Part shown: positions 38,623 through 52,599 of the stretch, piece by piece
How the letters are laid out: the number at the start of each line of letters is the position of its first letter
How positions within the stretch are numbered: position 1 is the stretch's first letter
Assembly (NCBI GenBank): GCA_963806225.1
Contig: CAWDXG010000004.1
Span: forward strand, 1,696,001-1,760,000
Source: an uncultured delta proteobacterium
GTDB taxonomy: Bacteria > Myxococcota_A > Polyangia > Polyangiales > Polyangiaceae
Direction of reading: 5' to 3'
Length of the DNA: 64,000 nt
Made by a program: the position numbers and the translations under genes
Notes under the pieces: model-generated
Told to the model about the DNA's origin: nothing
The model's database searches: none
Seen by the model: only the letters and a program-made list of their open reading frames with translations

Positions 38623-39819
38623 ATGAGACGCACGTTTGCCCTGCTGACCGCGCTGGCCGCCCTGACGGGTTGCCGGCATGGCGACCGCCACACGGATCCG
38701 CCGCCGACAGCGGCGCCTCCCTCGGCCAGCGCGCCGGCCCCGAGCGCGGCCGTGTCCAGCAGCAGAGCGAGCCCGGCCGCGGCCCCCTCCCCCATCCCAC
38801 CCGCGGAGTTCGCCCGGTTGTTCCGCACGCTGTCGGGACCCGACCACGCGTTCTTCAGCGACAACTACCTTTCGAACGAGACTTCGTACCTCGAGGTCGC
38901 GCCGCTCCTGGCAAAGCACGTCGAGGCGGGCCGCGCCTACCTCGGCGTGGGGCCCGAGCAGAACTTCACGTACATCGCGCTCACGCGACCGGAGCTGGCG
39001 TTCATCGTCGACATCCGCCGCGACAACGCGCTGCTGCAGCTCCTGTACAAGGCCATCTTCGAGCGCGCGAAGAGCCGCGCCGGGTTCCTGTCGCTCCTGC
39101 TCGGACGCCCCTACGACGCCAGCACGGATCCGGGCGCGAGCGCGAGCGTGGACCAGGTGATCGCAGCCGTGGAGCGCTCGGCGCCGGACCGCGCGCTGTT
39201 CGAGCGAACGCACGCCGAGCTCGTTTCGCGCATCCGCCGCGGCTACGACATCCCACTCGACGCGAGCGACCGCGCCACGCTGCAAAGGACGCACCGCGCC
39301 TTCTTCGACGGACAGCTGGCTCTCGCCTTCAAGCTGAAGCCGCCCAACGGCCGCCACTACCCGAGCCTGCGCGCGCTGCTCGAGGCGCGCGGCCCCGCGG
39401 GGCGAAAGCTCGGCTTCCTCGCCAGCTCCGGGCAGTTCCGCTTCGTACGGGCGCTCGAGCTGGCGAATCGCGTGATACCCGTGGTCGGTGACTTCGCCGG
39501 CACGCATGCGCTCCGCGCAGTCGGGGCGGAGCTGTCGCGCCGCCACCTCGTGGTCGGCGCCTTCTACGTGTCCAACGTCGAGCAGTACGTGATGGAGCCA
39601 GCGAAGTGGGCGGCGTGGACAGCCAATGTGCGTGCACTGCCCATCGACAAGCAGAGCGTCTTCATCCGCTGCTACCTCGACCAGGGCCGCCGCCATCCGC
39701 TCGAGATGAAGGGGCAACGCACGGCGACCGTGCTGCAGAGCGTACAGCGCTTCGAAACGCGCGCGAGCGGCTACCGGAGCTTCTTCGACGTCGCAACGGA
39801 CGGCGTGCTACGCGAATGA
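38623..39819 (+). CDS. Conserved-looking hypothetical lipoprotein (possibly SAM-methyltransferase-like fold)
   Basis: LTGC lipobox; FFSDNYLSNETSY, YLGVGPEQNFTYIA, AFIVDIRRDN, VVGDFAG, FYVSNVEQY. Confidence 0.75.
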   Translation: MRRTFALLTALAALTGCRHGDRHTDPPPTAAPPSASAPAPSAAVSSSRASPAAAPSPIPPAEFARLFRTLSGPDHAFFSDNYLSNETSYLEVAPLLAKHVEAGRAYLGVGPEQNFTYIALTRPELAFIVDIRRDNALLQLLYKAIFERAKSRAGFLSLLLGRPYDASTDPGASASVDQVIAAVERSAPDRALFERTHAELVSRIRRGYDIPLDASDRATLQRTHRAFFDGQLALAFKLKPPNGRHYPSLRALLEARGPAGRKLGFLASSGQFRFVRALELANRVIPVVGDFAGTHALRAVGAELSRRHLVVGAFYVSNVEQYVMEPAKWAAWTANVRALPIDKQSVFIRCYLDQGRRHPLEMKGQRTATVLQSVQRFETRASGYRSFFDVATDGVLRE

Positions 39820-39825
39820 ACCCCG

Positions 39826-41166
39826 CTACCACGCCGGCAGCGGACCCTGCATCAGCTTCGTCGCCGAAAGCGCCTTGTCGACGGCGGTCTGCTCGGCCTT
39901 GTCCCGGTAGAAGACGAGCTGCTTGTCGACCTCGCCGCGCGCGCGCTTGGTCGCCACGTTGATCAGCGCTTGTCCCTTGAGCTCGAGCTCCCCGCTGTCG
40001 GCCTCGTCCTTCACTTCCTTGGCGATGCCCTCGATCTTCTCGGCGGTGGCGATCACCTTGCGCGCCTTCTCGGTGGTCTCGATGGCGGTTTCGAGCACGC
40101 TGCCCAGCCCGGTCTGCGCAGGGACCAGCGACGCGGCGAGCTTCAGGTAGCTCAGGTAGTCGCCACGGCCGTTCCAGATGTGCATCACCGTGCGGTAGAT
40201 GCGGGAGGTGTGCAGCCCCGTCATCTGGTCGAGCACGGCGAGCAGCTTGCCGATCTCGTCCTCGCGCTCCTTCTGCGCGGCGAGCCACGTCTTGTAGCGC
40301 TCGGTCTTGACGATGTGGTCGCGGAGCGACTTGGCCTGCGCGATCTTCTGGTGGCGGTCGTCGGGCTCTTCTGGCAGCTCCAGCGACTCGGCCGGCGGCA
40401 GCGGATCGTTGGCGACGGCGAGCAGCACCTTCTGGATGTTCTGGGCCAGGCTGGCCGAGTTCGCGTCGGTCGCGCGTGCCACCAGCCCCACGGAGATGAT
40501 GCCCGACTCGATACGGCGCAACCGCTTCCGGTCCGAATCGAGCCGCTCGAGCAGAAGGTAGAGCACGATGCGGTAGTCGTCCCTGTGCACCTTGTACGGC
40601 AGCTGGAACGGCAGCGCGCCACCGGCCTCGATATCGCCGAGCTGGCGCACGAGCTTGTACTGCGCCAGCCGGCCCTCCTCCTGCGCGTTCCGGACACTGC
40701 GGAGCTCGGAGAGCAGACCCGTCAGCGCCTTGTCCAGCCGCGTGATCTCGACGTAGTCGGTCTGGATGTGGTCGCGCGCGAGCTTCCAGGAGAACGTCGC
40801 CTCCTGGCGCTGCTCTTCGTTCATGTCCGCCGTGAACGTGAGCCGCTCGGGGACCTGCCGGTCGATGAGGAAGCGCTCGCCGCCTTCGGTGACACGGATG
40901 TAGAACGGCACCTGCCGCGACTGCAGCGCCGACAGTGCCGTCACGCCCTTCTGCGCCAGCACGCGGTAGGCCTCGCCGCTGCGCTGTTCGGCTCCCTGCT
41001 GGATGCCGGCGTAGGTGCGCGCGAAATAGCTGTAGGCGCCGTGCACCCACTGCTTGCCGTACAGGTGCGCGAGCGGCGCCTGCGCGCGCTGTTGCTGGCA
41101 CGCGGCAACGCCGCACGGCAGCGTGGCTGCGCCGATCAAGAGACCGCGGCGTGACAGCGTCGTCAT
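39826..41166 (-). CDS. Tat-exported, largely helical/coiled-coil lipoprotein
   Basis: MTTLSRRGLL twin-arginine motif followed by VAAC lipobox; ATGA overlap with the upstream gene. Confidence 0.8.
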   Translation of the reverse strand: MTTLSRRGLLIGAATLPCGVAACQQQRAQAPLAHLYGKQWVHGAYSYFARTYAGIQQGAEQRSGEAYRVLAQKGVTALSALQSRQVPFYIRVTEGGERFLIDRQVPERLTFTADMNEEQRQEATFSWKLARDHIQTDYVEITRLDKALTGLLSELRSVRNAQEEGRLAQYKLVRQLGDIEAGGALPFQLPYKVHRDDYRIVLYLLLERLDSDRKRLRRIESGIISVGLVARATDANSASLAQNIQKVLLAVANDPLPPAESLELPEEPDDRHQKIAQAKSLRDHIVKTERYKTWLAAQKEREDEIGKLLAVLDQMTGLHTSRIYRTVMHIWNGRGDYLSYLKLAASLVPAQTGLGSVLETAIETTEKARKVIATAEKIEGIAKEVKDEADSGELELKGQALINVATKRARGEVDKQLVFYRDKAEQTAVDKALSATKLMQGPLPAW

Positions 41167-42353
41167 AGGACCGTGATGCCGTCGATCCCCGAGAAGTGGT
41201 CGGCAACGTCGCCGGCGTGGGCGGCCTTCTGGCCGTCGGGGCCGGCATTGCCCGGCTGCCCGCGCGAACCGGAGGTGCCGGCGGTGCCGCTCTGGCCGCT
41301 CGATGCGTTGGTGCCGATGCCCGAGCCCCCGCTACCCGCGTTGCCTGCGGAACCCGAGTCGCCCGCCGGCCCTGCGCCTCCACCGGACACGTCGACCTGG
41401 ACCAGCTGGGCGAGGTCCTCGTGGTTCTGGTCGACGACCAGCTCCACCTTGCCGCCAGGACCGCCGTTGCCGCCGTTGCCGCCGTTGCCGCCGTTGCCGC
41501 CGTTGCCGCCGCGACCGCCCGGGTTGCCGCTGCCGCCGTGCCCGCCGCTGCCGCCCGAGCCGCCACGACCACCAGGACCGCCCGGACCGCCGCGCGCCAC
41601 GATCGTGAAGTGGCCCTCGGGGTGGAAGAGCAGGAAGTCGCTGTCGCCGCCTTCGATGCGCACCGCGATGAGCTTGTCGTAGAAGGGCGTCTTGACGTAG
41701 GTGACGTACGCCGTCAGCTCGGGGCCTGCACCGCCGCTCGAGCCGTTGCCGCCCTGGCTGCCGTCGGTGCCGTCGTTGCCCTGCCCTCCGCCCTCGGTCG
41801 ACGAGCCGCTCTGGCCGTCCTGTCCCTGCTTGCCGGCCGTCCCCGAGCTACCCATCGAACCCGGTCGGCCGCTGCCGCCGCCGTCATGGATGCAGCGGTA
41901 GTCGGGCTTGTAGGTGGTGGTGAACGAGAACTTGTCGGGGCGGCGCTTGTAGGCGGTCTTGAGCTCGAACTCCTTGCCAATGGTCGCCCGCAGGTCCTCG
42001 TTCGGCGAAAACCAGCCGCTCCGGTCGAACGAGCCCTGATCGCTGTGGAAGGCGAAATCGTCGAACGAGAGCTTGTCGTTCTCGTTCGAGCCCGGGCGGC
42101 CCTGCCAGGTCTCGAGCTTCTGCACCTTGCTCTCGCCCTTGAGGATGACATCGGCAAACACCGCCATCTGCACCGGCTGCCGCGGGCAGATGGTCTTGTC
42201 CTGCTTGCGGATGTCGACGCTCATGCTTTTCACATTCGCGCCTTCCAGGTCGATCGTGTTCCGCCCGACCAGGCTCTTCAGGAAGCCGCAGCCGCCCAGG
42301 GTGAAGGCTCCGAGGGCGACGAGGACAACGGACGCAGAGGTACGGACAAGCAT
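41163..42353 (-). CDS. Lipoprotein with Gly-X-Y / GGX repeat blocks
   Basis: LGGC lipobox; three Gly-triplet blocks separated by short beta-type segments. Confidence 0.8.
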   Translation of the reverse strand: MLVRTSASVVLVALGAFTLGGCGFLKSLVGRNTIDLEGANVKSMSVDIRKQDKTICPRQPVQMAVFADVILKGESKVQKLETWQGRPGSNENDKLSFDDFAFHSDQGSFDRSGWFSPNEDLRATIGKEFELKTAYKRRPDKFSFTTTYKPDYRCIHDGGGSGRPGSMGSSGTAGKQGQDGQSGSSTEGGGQGNDGTDGSQGGNGSSGGAGPELTAYVTYVKTPFYDKLIAVRIEGGDSDFLLFHPEGHFTIVARGGPGGPGGRGGSGGSGGHGGSGNPGGRGGNGGNGGNGGNGGNGGPGGKVELVVDQNHEDLAQLVQVDVSGGGAGPAGDSGSAGNAGSGGSGIGTNASSGQSGTAGTSGSRGQPGNAGPDGQKAAHAGDVADHFSGIDGITVL

Positions 42354-42505
42354 GGTCACGAGCCGTTGTACCACCGCGACGCGCCCCGTCTTCCCTCGAT
42401 CCTGGGCGCGCGGCGCCGGGTCCCGCGGGACAGGCAAGCGACCGGAATCCGCTGGAAATCCCGCGGACCCTGCCAGCTGCTAGACCGCCAACAGCTAGCG
42501 GGCAG

Positions 42506-43966
42506 CTACAGACACGCCCGCTTCTTCAGCACCAGCGGCGGCAGGGGCGTCTGGTTGAAGTCGAAGGCGTCCATCAGGTCGTTGGCCTGGCCGTCCTGGG
42601 CGGCGGGGTCGAGCGTGGACAGCGCGGGGGCGCCGAAGACCTTCTCGATGAAGCGCGGGATGCTCGCCTGCTCCGAGACTTCCTTGAAGATGTAGTGAGG
42701 CTTGGCGTACGGCGAGATGACGATCAGCGGTAGGCGGAAGCCGAGGCCGTAGGGGTGCGTCTTGTCGCAGCCGTAGTTGCGCGGCGGCTTGACGTGATCG
42801 TACCAGCCGCCGAAGTCGTCCATGGTGAAGATGATGGCCGTCGACTTCCAGTACTCGCTGTTCATCACCGCGTTGATGTTGCCGACCGTCCAGTTCTCGC
42901 CGGCGCACACGCCGCCGATGTTCGGGTGTTCGTCGCTCAGATCCTGGTTCACGAGCCACGTGACCTTGGGCAGCGTGTGGTTCTGGATGTCCTTGGTGAA
43001 CTCGGACGTGTTGACGACGTGGGACCAGCCCGGTCCATGGCGGATCGGATCGATGGCGTCGAACATCGACCAGATCTCCGGCAATAGGTAGAAGTTCGAG
43101 CCGTAGAACTTCCAGTCCACGCCCGCAGGCAGCACGTCGGGCACACTCGGGATGTTGAAGCAGGGGAAGACCTGCTTGATGGTGCAGCTCTGGTTGTCGA
43201 GCACGTCGACGCGTGTGGACGCGCTCTGGTCGCAGCCCCAGTACGGATGCGTGATCGTGGTGTTGGGGTTGCCGGTAGCCCAGCCCGCCTGCGCGGCGAG
43301 CAAGAAGGTGTGGCCGGGGAAGCTCGGGCCGAGCTCGTTGGCGAAGAAGTGATCGCCGAGCGTGAACGCTTTCGCGTAGGCCCAGTAGTTCGGGATGCTG
43401 GTTCCGTCGTACTGGGCCCAGGCGAGGTGATCGCCGTTCTGGCTCGAACCGGAATTCTTCTCCCAGCCGTCCATGTTGCCGCCGTCCCAGTCGGTGAGCG
43501 CGCAGTCGTGCGCGTGGCACATGTCGCGCGGCGTGCGGTCCGGCGCGCTCGGGCACTTGAAGGTGGTGCCGTCCTGCAGCTTGCAGGTGGTGTTGCCCTC
43601 GGCGCCGGGGAAGGAGCCGAAGTAGTTGTCGAAGGTGTGGTTCTCCTTGATGATCACAATGACGTGATCGATGGGCAGCTTCTTCGGCGGGCCGGCGTCC
43701 TGGCCGGCGCTGCCGCCGGCGCCCGCGCTGCCCGCCTGCCCGCCGGTACCGGCGCTGCCGCCTGTGGACGTCCCACCGCTTCCGCCGGCCGAGACGCCGC
43801 CGCTTCCGCCGGCCGAGACGCCGCCGCTTCCGCCGGCCGAGACGCCGCCGGTTGCGCCGGACCCCGCGGCACCTGCCGCGCCGGCCCCGTCGGAGTTCCC
43901 CGAGCTGCCACAACCCAGAACGACGGCACCGGAAAGCGCCGCCAGCGCAAGAGTACGCAAAGCCAT
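42506..43966 (-). CDS. Phospholipase C / acid phosphatase (phosphoesterase family) lipoprotein
   Basis: VLGC lipobox; linker with GGVSAGGS x3; IDHVIVIIKENHTFDNYFG, GPSFP, DEHP, DDFGGWYDHV, GFRLPLIVISPY. Confidence 0.92.
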   Translation of the reverse strand: MALRTLALAALSGAVVLGCGSSGNSDGAGAAGAAGSGATGGVSAGGSGGVSAGGSGGVSAGGSGGTSTGGSAGTGGQAGSAGAGGSAGQDAGPPKKLPIDHVIVIIKENHTFDNYFGSFPGAEGNTTCKLQDGTTFKCPSAPDRTPRDMCHAHDCALTDWDGGNMDGWEKNSGSSQNGDHLAWAQYDGTSIPNYWAYAKAFTLGDHFFANELGPSFPGHTFLLAAQAGWATGNPNTTITHPYWGCDQSASTRVDVLDNQSCTIKQVFPCFNIPSVPDVLPAGVDWKFYGSNFYLLPEIWSMFDAIDPIRHGPGWSHVVNTSEFTKDIQNHTLPKVTWLVNQDLSDEHPNIGGVCAGENWTVGNINAVMNSEYWKSTAIIFTMDDFGGWYDHVKPPRNYGCDKTHPYGLGFRLPLIVISPYAKPHYIFKEVSEQASIPRFIEKVFGAPALSTLDPAAQDGQANDLMDAFDFNQTPLPPLVLKKRACL

Positions 43967-44075
43967 TGCGGAACAATAGCGCCGGATTCAGGGGGGCGTC
44001 ACCTGCTCATCGCGCCGGCTGGACCGCCGTTTCACGCTTTCGCTGCAGGATTCCGCCTCTGCGGTGCAGCCAGGG

Positions 44076-46923
<2,848 letters not shown>

Positions 46924-46957
46924 GCGTCCCTTCCGCCCCGAACGCGTTCCGCTGCAC

Positions 46958-47452
46958 TCAGCGACCCGACCAGTCCTTGTCACGCATTACCAGCACCGGA
47001 CAGCCAGCGTGGCGCAGCACCTCTTCGGCGACCGAGCCGAGAACCATCCGCTTGACCCCTCCACGCCCATGCGTCCCGACTACGATCAGGTCCGCCTGGA
47101 CGCCCCGGGCCACGCGCAGGATCTCCTTGGCTGCGGGGCCCGCCAGCACGTGGGGCACCAGCTCCACGGATGCGCCACCGTGCTCGGCGAGGTGACGCTG
47201 CTGGAGCTCGGCAAGGCGCTGCTCGAACTTCTGCTTTTCGGCACCGAGATCGAGCTGGTGCGCTTCGTAGGCGTACTCCATGCGCCGCATGGGATCGTAG
47301 CCAGTGACGACCCAGACCACGTGCAGCGGGTTCCAGCCGCGCTGGGAGGCAAGGCCGAGCGCACCCGAGAGCGCGATGTCGCTGGTAGCCGAGGCATCCA
47401 GAGCCACCACGACGGTGGACGGTGCCACGCTGCCCTTGTCCGCTTCCGTCAT
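46958..47452 (-). CDS. Universal stress protein (UspA family)
   Basis: VVVALDAS...ADLIVVGTHGRGGVKRMVLGSVAEEVLRHAGCPVLV. Confidence 0.93.
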   Translation of the reverse strand: MTEADKGSVAPSTVVVALDASATSDIALSGALGLASQRGWNPLHVVWVVTGYDPMRRMEYAYEAHQLDLGAEKQKFEQRLAELQQRHLAEHGGASVELVPHVLAGPAAKEILRVARGVQADLIVVGTHGRGGVKRMVLGSVAEEVLRHAGCPVLVMRDKDWSGR

Positions 47453-47471
47453 GACCCGGCTCCCGAGCTTG

Positions 47472-49448
47472 TCACTGTTGGCTGTCGAGGTGAAGCGGCG
47501 GCGTCGGCACCGCGTCGGCGAGGGTAATCGAGGGGCCTAGCAGGTCCGTCAACTGTTTGCCCTCGACCGACTCCTGCTCGAGCAGGGCTGTCATGAGGCG
47601 CTCGAGCGCCGGGCGGTGTTCGGTGATGAGTTTCCTGGCGCCGTCGACGGCCTCGGCGAGGATGCGGCGGGTCTCTTCCTCGATCACGTGGACAGTCGCG
47701 TCGCTGGTGCCGCCCTCGGTGGCGATCATCTGGCCGAGGAACGGGTGTTCGGTGCGGTGCTCGTGGAAGACGGGCCCGACGCGCTCGCTCATCCCGAAAT
47801 GGGCGACCATGTTGAAGGCCATGTCCGTGGCCTTCTGCAGGTCGTTCGCGGCCCCCGAGGAGATGTCGCCCATGATGACACGCTCGGCGGCGTAGCCACC
47901 CATCAGCACGCGCAGCCGCGACTCGATCTCGGGTTGCGTCATGATGTGCTTGTCCGCAGTGGGGGTCTGTTGCGTGACGCCCAGCGCCATGCCGCGGGGA
48001 ATGATCGTCACGCGATGCAGCGGCTCGGCGTGCGGCGTGAAGTGCGCCACGACGGCATGCCCCGACTCGTGGATCGCGACGCGGCGTTTCTCGTCGGGGT
48101 CGAGCTTGGTTTCACGCGGGTCGCCGAGCACGATCTTGTCGTAGGCGTTGGTGAAGTCGACGTTCTCGATCGATTCCGCGCCACGGCGGGTGGCGTTGAG
48201 CGCGGCCTCGTTCACCAGGTTCGCGAGATCCGCTCCGGAGAAGCCGGGCGTGTTTCCCGCAATCGACTTGAGATCCACATCCGCGCCGAGCGGCATGTCC
48301 TTCGTATGCACTTCGAGGATGGCCATGCGGGCGGCTAGCTCCGGCCGATCGATGATGACCCGGCGATCGAAGCGGCCAGGGCGGAGTAGCGCGGGGTCGA
48401 GCACGTCGGGGCGGTTGGTGGCTGCGAGCACGATGACGAGCTCGTTGCGGGCGAAGCCATCCATCTCGCTCAGGAGCTGGTTCAGGGTCTGCTCTCGCTC
48501 GTCGTGCCCGCCGCCGAGGCCAGCGCCGCGCGAGCGGCCCACCGCGTCGATCTCGTCGATGAAGATGATGGCGGGCGCGACCTTCTTCGCCTCCTCGAAC
48601 AGCTCGCGCACACGCGAGGCGCCCACGCCGACGAACAGCTCGATGAACTCCGATCCGTTGATGGAGAAGAACGGCACGCCGGACTCGCCCGCCACGGCGC
48701 GAGCCAGGAGCGTCTTGCCCGTACCGGGAGGACCGATCAGGAGCACGCCGCGCGGCACCTTGCCACCCAGCCGCCGGAAGCGATCCGGCTGCTTGAGGAA
48801 TTCGACGATCTCCTGGAGATCCTGCTTGGCCGACTTGAGCCCGGCGACGGCGTCGAAGTTGACCGCGACCTGCGACTCGCGCTCGAAGCGATGCGGCCGT
48901 CCCTTGAGCATACCGGACAGAGCTCCCCCGCCGCCGAGACCTCCGCCCATCATCCGCTGGGCACGCCGCGACAGCCAGATCCAGAGTCCGATGATCAGGA
49001 CCCAGGGCAGAAGCGAGATCATGAGCTGCAGCACCATCGGCTGCTCCTCGCTCTTCACGCGGACCTCGACGCCCTTGTCCCGCATCAGCGGCATCAGGTC
49101 CTTGTCTTCCTGCTGCGGAAGCATGGTGCGGAAGGTGTCGAGCTTCTTTCCCTCGACCTGCTGCTCCGCGGAGAGCTTGCCGCTGACCTCCTGGCCGCGC
49201 AGGACGACCGACTTCACGTGCTTGTCCTGCACGAGCTTGTAGAAGGTCGTGTAGGAAATGGGCGGCTGCGTCGGCTCCCTGGACGCGAACGTGTGCCAGC
49301 CCCAGAACGCGAGCAGCAGGAGCGCGAGAAGCACCCAACCCTTCCACGACGGACGGGAGTCGTGCGGGATCATCGACCCCTGCGGACCAGATGCGCCGGG
49401 GGGGCGGGGAGCGCGCGGAGGCTGGGAAGGGCCGGCGGTTTCAGGCAT
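47472..49448 (-). CDS. ftsH: ATP-dependent zinc metalloprotease FtsH
   Basis: Two TM segments; [31 protein letters not shown] zinc motif, GAANDL. Confidence 0.97.
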   Translation of the reverse strand: MPETAGPSQPPRAPRPPGASGPQGSMIPHDSRPSWKGWVLLALLLLAFWGWHTFASREPTQPPISYTTFYKLVQDKHVKSVVLRGQEVSGKLSAEQQVEGKKLDTFRTMLPQQEDKDLMPLMRDKGVEVRVKSEEQPMVLQLMISLLPWVLIIGLWIWLSRRAQRMMGGGLGGGGALSGMLKGRPHRFERESQVAVNFDAVAGLKSAKQDLQEIVEFLKQPDRFRRLGGKVPRGVLLIGPPGTGKTLLARAVAGESGVPFFSINGSEFIELFVGVGASRVRELFEEAKKVAPAIIFIDEIDAVGRSRGAGLGGGHDEREQTLNQLLSEMDGFARNELVIVLAATNRPDVLDPALLRPGRFDRRVIIDRPELAARMAILEVHTKDMPLGADVDLKSIAGNTPGFSGADLANLVNEAALNATRRGAESIENVDFTNAYDKIVLGDPRETKLDPDEKRRVAIHESGHAVVAHFTPHAEPLHRVTIIPRGMALGVTQQTPTADKHIMTQPEIESRLRVLMGGYAAERVIMGDISSGAANDLQKATDMAFNMVAHFGMSERVGPVFHEHRTEHPFLGQMIATEGGTSDATVHVIEEETRRILAEAVDGARKLITEHRPALERLMTALLEQESVEGKQLTDLLGPSITLADAVPTPPLHLDSQQ

Positions 49449-49570
49449 CAGGCCTCAAGAACGTAAGGACGCCTCCCGCGCTTGTCGATCCCTGGGCACG
49501 GCTGTATCCCCGCGAAATTGCGAAATTGTTGCAACCGGCGGCGCACGCCCCGGTGGACTATATTCCCGCC

Positions 49571-50590
49571 ATGCCGTACCGCGTGCCGCCGGGTCACGAC
49601 GAGCGCCTGGAGCTCCCGGTCCGCACCGAAAGCCTCACGCCGGAGGGGCTGCGCGCCGGCGCGTTCGCATGGCTCGCCTGGGCCCTGCTGCTGGCGCTGG
49701 TCGTCGCGCTGTCGGGGACCCTCGCGCGCGTCGACCACGGCGAGCTGACAGGTTTCGTGCTGTCGCTCGCAACGCTGGCCCTGCTCGGCTTCGTGCCTGC
49801 GCTGGTCGCCACGCACCTCGTCAGCAGGAGGACGCAGAACCGCGTGGTGGTCGAGCGCGGCCGGCTCTCGGCAGGCGGCGAGATCGTTGTCGATCTCGCA
49901 GAACGACTGGATGCGTGCGTCGTAGAGCTCGAAGGCGAATGCGCGCTGCTTCTCGCGCAGAAGTCGGCATGGGTGATCCTGTTCGGGCGCGATCTCGGGG
50001 CGGCACTCGGAGGCCCCGACGCCTGGGGACCTCGCTGGCATCGGGTGCGGCTCGATCGGCTGTCGCACCGCGCGGGCGAGCTCGGCCCGGGCCGGGCCTG
50101 GCCGGCGTATTTCAGCGTGCACGGCCCCGGCCGAGCGCGCATCGTCGGCGAGGTCGAGGCCGGACCGGCACTGGAGTCGCTCGCCGACCGCGCTCGCGAG
50201 CTGGCCCAGCGCTCTGGCGGCGCGCTGCTCGCGCTCCCGACTGCACACCCCGAACACAGCGCCCTGCGCGTCGACAGCGACGGGGTGCTCAGCGCATTCG
50301 GCGAGCGAATCGACACGCGCCGGAGCTTCGAGCGGAGCTACCTGTGGAGCTTCGGCAAGAAGAATGCGCGGGGCGACGCCGATGCCATCGTGCTCCAGCA
50401 GGACGACGCGGGGCTGTGCCTGAGCGTCAGCGCGCGTCCCGGCGGCTTTCCCAGCATCGGCGGCTTTCCCCCCGCCGCGCCCGAGCTGCCGACGCCCGAG
50501 ATGCCGCGCGAGGAGGTGCTGTCGCCGGTCGCGGTAGGGGTGCTCGACGGATTTCTGGCAGAACAGAGCGTGTCCGGCGTGGGACGCTAG
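49571..50590 (+). CDS. Hypothetical membrane protein (2 N-terminal TM segments)
   Basis: ATG 49571; two hydrophobic segments; fills the gap between the divergent ftsH and the convergent kinase. Confidence 0.65.
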   Translation: MPYRVPPGHDERLELPVRTESLTPEGLRAGAFAWLAWALLLALVVALSGTLARVDHGELTGFVLSLATLALLGFVPALVATHLVSRRTQNRVVVERGRLSAGGEIVVDLAERLDACVVELEGECALLLAQKSAWVILFGRDLGAALGGPDAWGPRWHRVRLDRLSHRAGELGPGRAWPAYFSVHGPGRARIVGEVEAGPALESLADRARELAQRSGGALLALPTAHPEHSALRVDSDGVLSAFGERIDTRRSFERSYLWSFGKKNARGDADAIVLQQDDAGLCLSVSARPGGFPSIGGFPPAAPELPTPEMPREEVLSPVAVGVLDGFLAEQSVSGVGR

Positions 50591-52470
50591 AGTCGAGCGT
50601 CGAGGACGTCGCGCACGCGCCGCGCGAGGAGATCCGCAGTGAATGGCTTCTGCAGGAACTCCACCCCGCTCGCAAGCTCCCCCGAGCTTGACAGGAAGTC
50701 TCCAGCGTAGCCCGACATCAGGAGCGCACGCACCTCCGAGCGACTGCCGAGCACGCGCCGGACCAGCTCCTGGCCGTCCATGTTCGGCATCACCATGTCG
50801 GTGAGCAGGAGATGGATCGGCCCTTCGTGCGTCGTGGCAATCTCCAGCGCCTCGTGGCCGTCCTGGGCCTCCAGCACTTTGTAGCCGCGACGCCGCAGGA
50901 TCGAGCGCGCCGCACGACGCACCGGAAGTTCGTCCTCCACAAGCAGGATGGTTTCGGTACCAGCCAGCGCGCTGGCGGCGCGTGGAACGACCGGCGGGCG
51001 GCTGGCGGCCTCACCGACGACGCGAGGCAGGTACACGCGGAACGCCGCACCACGACCGGACTCGCTGTCTACTTCGATGTGCCCGCCGCACTGCCGCACG
51101 ATCCCGTACACGGTCGACAGCCCGAGCCCCGTCCCTTCGTTGCGACTCTTCGTCGAGAAGAACGGTTCGAAGATGTGGCTGCGGGTGTGTGCATCCATAC
51201 CCACGCCGTTGTCGCACACGACGAGCAGCACGTGGGGGCCGGGCTGGGCGTCCACGTGCTCGTACACTTGACCCGCGTCGAGCTCGACCCGTGACGTCTC
51301 GACGCGCAGGGAACCGCCGGCGGGCATGGCGTCGCGCGCGTTCACCGCGAGGTTCAGTAGGATCTGTTCGATCTGGCTCGGGTCGCCATACACCACGGCC
51401 GACTCGTGCGACAGCCGGGTCTGGAGCTCGATGTGCTCACCGATGATCCGCCGGAGCATGCGGCTCATGTTGTCGACAACGCCGTTGAGATCGATCCGCC
51501 GCGGTGCAATGACCTGCTGGCGCGAAAAGGCCAGAAGCTGCCGCGTGAGCGCCGAGGCACGCTCCGCTGCGTGCACGACCTCGTCGAGATCGCGGCGCGC
51601 GTCCTCGTCCAGAACGCGATCGCCAAGTATGCCCGCGTAGCTGAGAACGACGCTGAGCATGTTGTTGAAGTCGTGCGCCACGCCGCCTGCCAACCGACCC
51701 ACGGCTTCCATCTTCTGTGCCTGGCGCAGCTGTTCTTCGAGGCGTCTCTCCTCCGTCACGTCACGCGCGACGCTGAGAATCGCGCGTCGTCCTTCGAACT
51801 CCAGCGAATGAGCGTGGACCTCGACTTCGATGAGGCTGCCGTCGCGCTTCTTGTGACGCCACACTCCCAACGGATGAACGCCTGGATTGTCGATGCGCTC
51901 GACCGCTTCGAACATCCTCGGCAGATCATCCGGCGGGCGCATGTCGCCGAGCTTCATGCTGCGGAACTCGTCCAGGCTGTAGCCGTACTCGCGCAACGCG
52001 GCGTCGTTCACGGTCAGGTAGTGCAACGTGTCGCGGTCGAAGACGAAGGTCGGCAGCGGCGTCGACTGGAAGAGCACGCGGTAACGCTCTTCCGAGCTCC
52101 TGAGCGCCTCGGCTGCCTGCGTGCGCGCGCTCGTGTCCTGGACGACGGCCATGAACGCGCGTCTGTCGCCATCGTCGACCACCGACAGACCCACCTGGCA
52201 GGGGAACTCGTCGCCGTTCTTGCGGACGGCGTGGAGGTCGCCGCGGGTCATCATCGGGCGCGTCCCCGGCGCGTCGGCGAAGCCGGAAATATGCGCGGCG
52301 TGGACTGGCCGGAAGCGCTCGGGGATCACGACGCCGAGCGCCTGCCCGGCGAGCTCGCCTGTACGGTATCCGAACAGTGACTCGGCGAGCTGGTTGGCGT
52401 GGGCTATCCGTCCATCCGTATCGACGAGAAGCACCGCTTCGGGTAGGGAATCGAGGAGGCGGAGGTCCAA
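50587..52470 (-). CDS. Cytoplasmic hybrid sensor kinase PAS-PAS-HisKA-HATPase-REC (CckA-like)
   Basis: GGVAHDFNN, NLAVNARDAM, DNGVGM, FEPFFSTK, GTGLGL, LLVEDE...DMVMP...KPF. Confidence 0.95.
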   Translation of the reverse strand: MDLRLLDSLPEAVLLVDTDGRIAHANQLAESLFGYRTGELAGQALGVVIPERFRPVHAAHISGFADAPGTRPMMTRGDLHAVRKNGDEFPCQVGLSVVDDGDRRAFMAVVQDTSARTQAAEALRSSEERYRVLFQSTPLPTFVFDRDTLHYLTVNDAALREYGYSLDEFRSMKLGDMRPPDDLPRMFEAVERIDNPGVHPLGVWRHKKRDGSLIEVEVHAHSLEFEGRRAILSVARDVTEERRLEEQLRQAQKMEAVGRLAGGVAHDFNNMLSVVLSYAGILGDRVLDEDARRDLDEVVHAAERASALTRQLLAFSRQQVIAPRRIDLNGVVDNMSRMLRRIIGEHIELQTRLSHESAVVYGDPSQIEQILLNLAVNARDAMPAGGSLRVETSRVELDAGQVYEHVDAQPGPHVLLVVCDNGVGMDAHTRSHIFEPFFSTKSRNEGTGLGLSTVYGIVRQCGGHIEVDSESGRGAAFRVYLPRVVGEAASRPPVVPRAASALAGTETILLVEDELPVRRAARSILRRRGYKVLEAQDGHEALEIATTHEGPIHLLLTDMVMPNMDGQELVRRVLGSRSEVRALLMSGYAGDFLSSSGELASGVEFLQKPFTADLLARRVRDVLDARL

Positions 52471-52599
52471 GACCCTGGATCGTGACGCCGCCCCCCCGCC
52501 ACGCGCAAGCCCCTACGTCGCGAAGATTGTCTCGAAATGAGACAGCCCCCGGTCGGGCGGCCCGCCCGGCTGACGGGCCCCCACTCCCGCGACGCGTCG

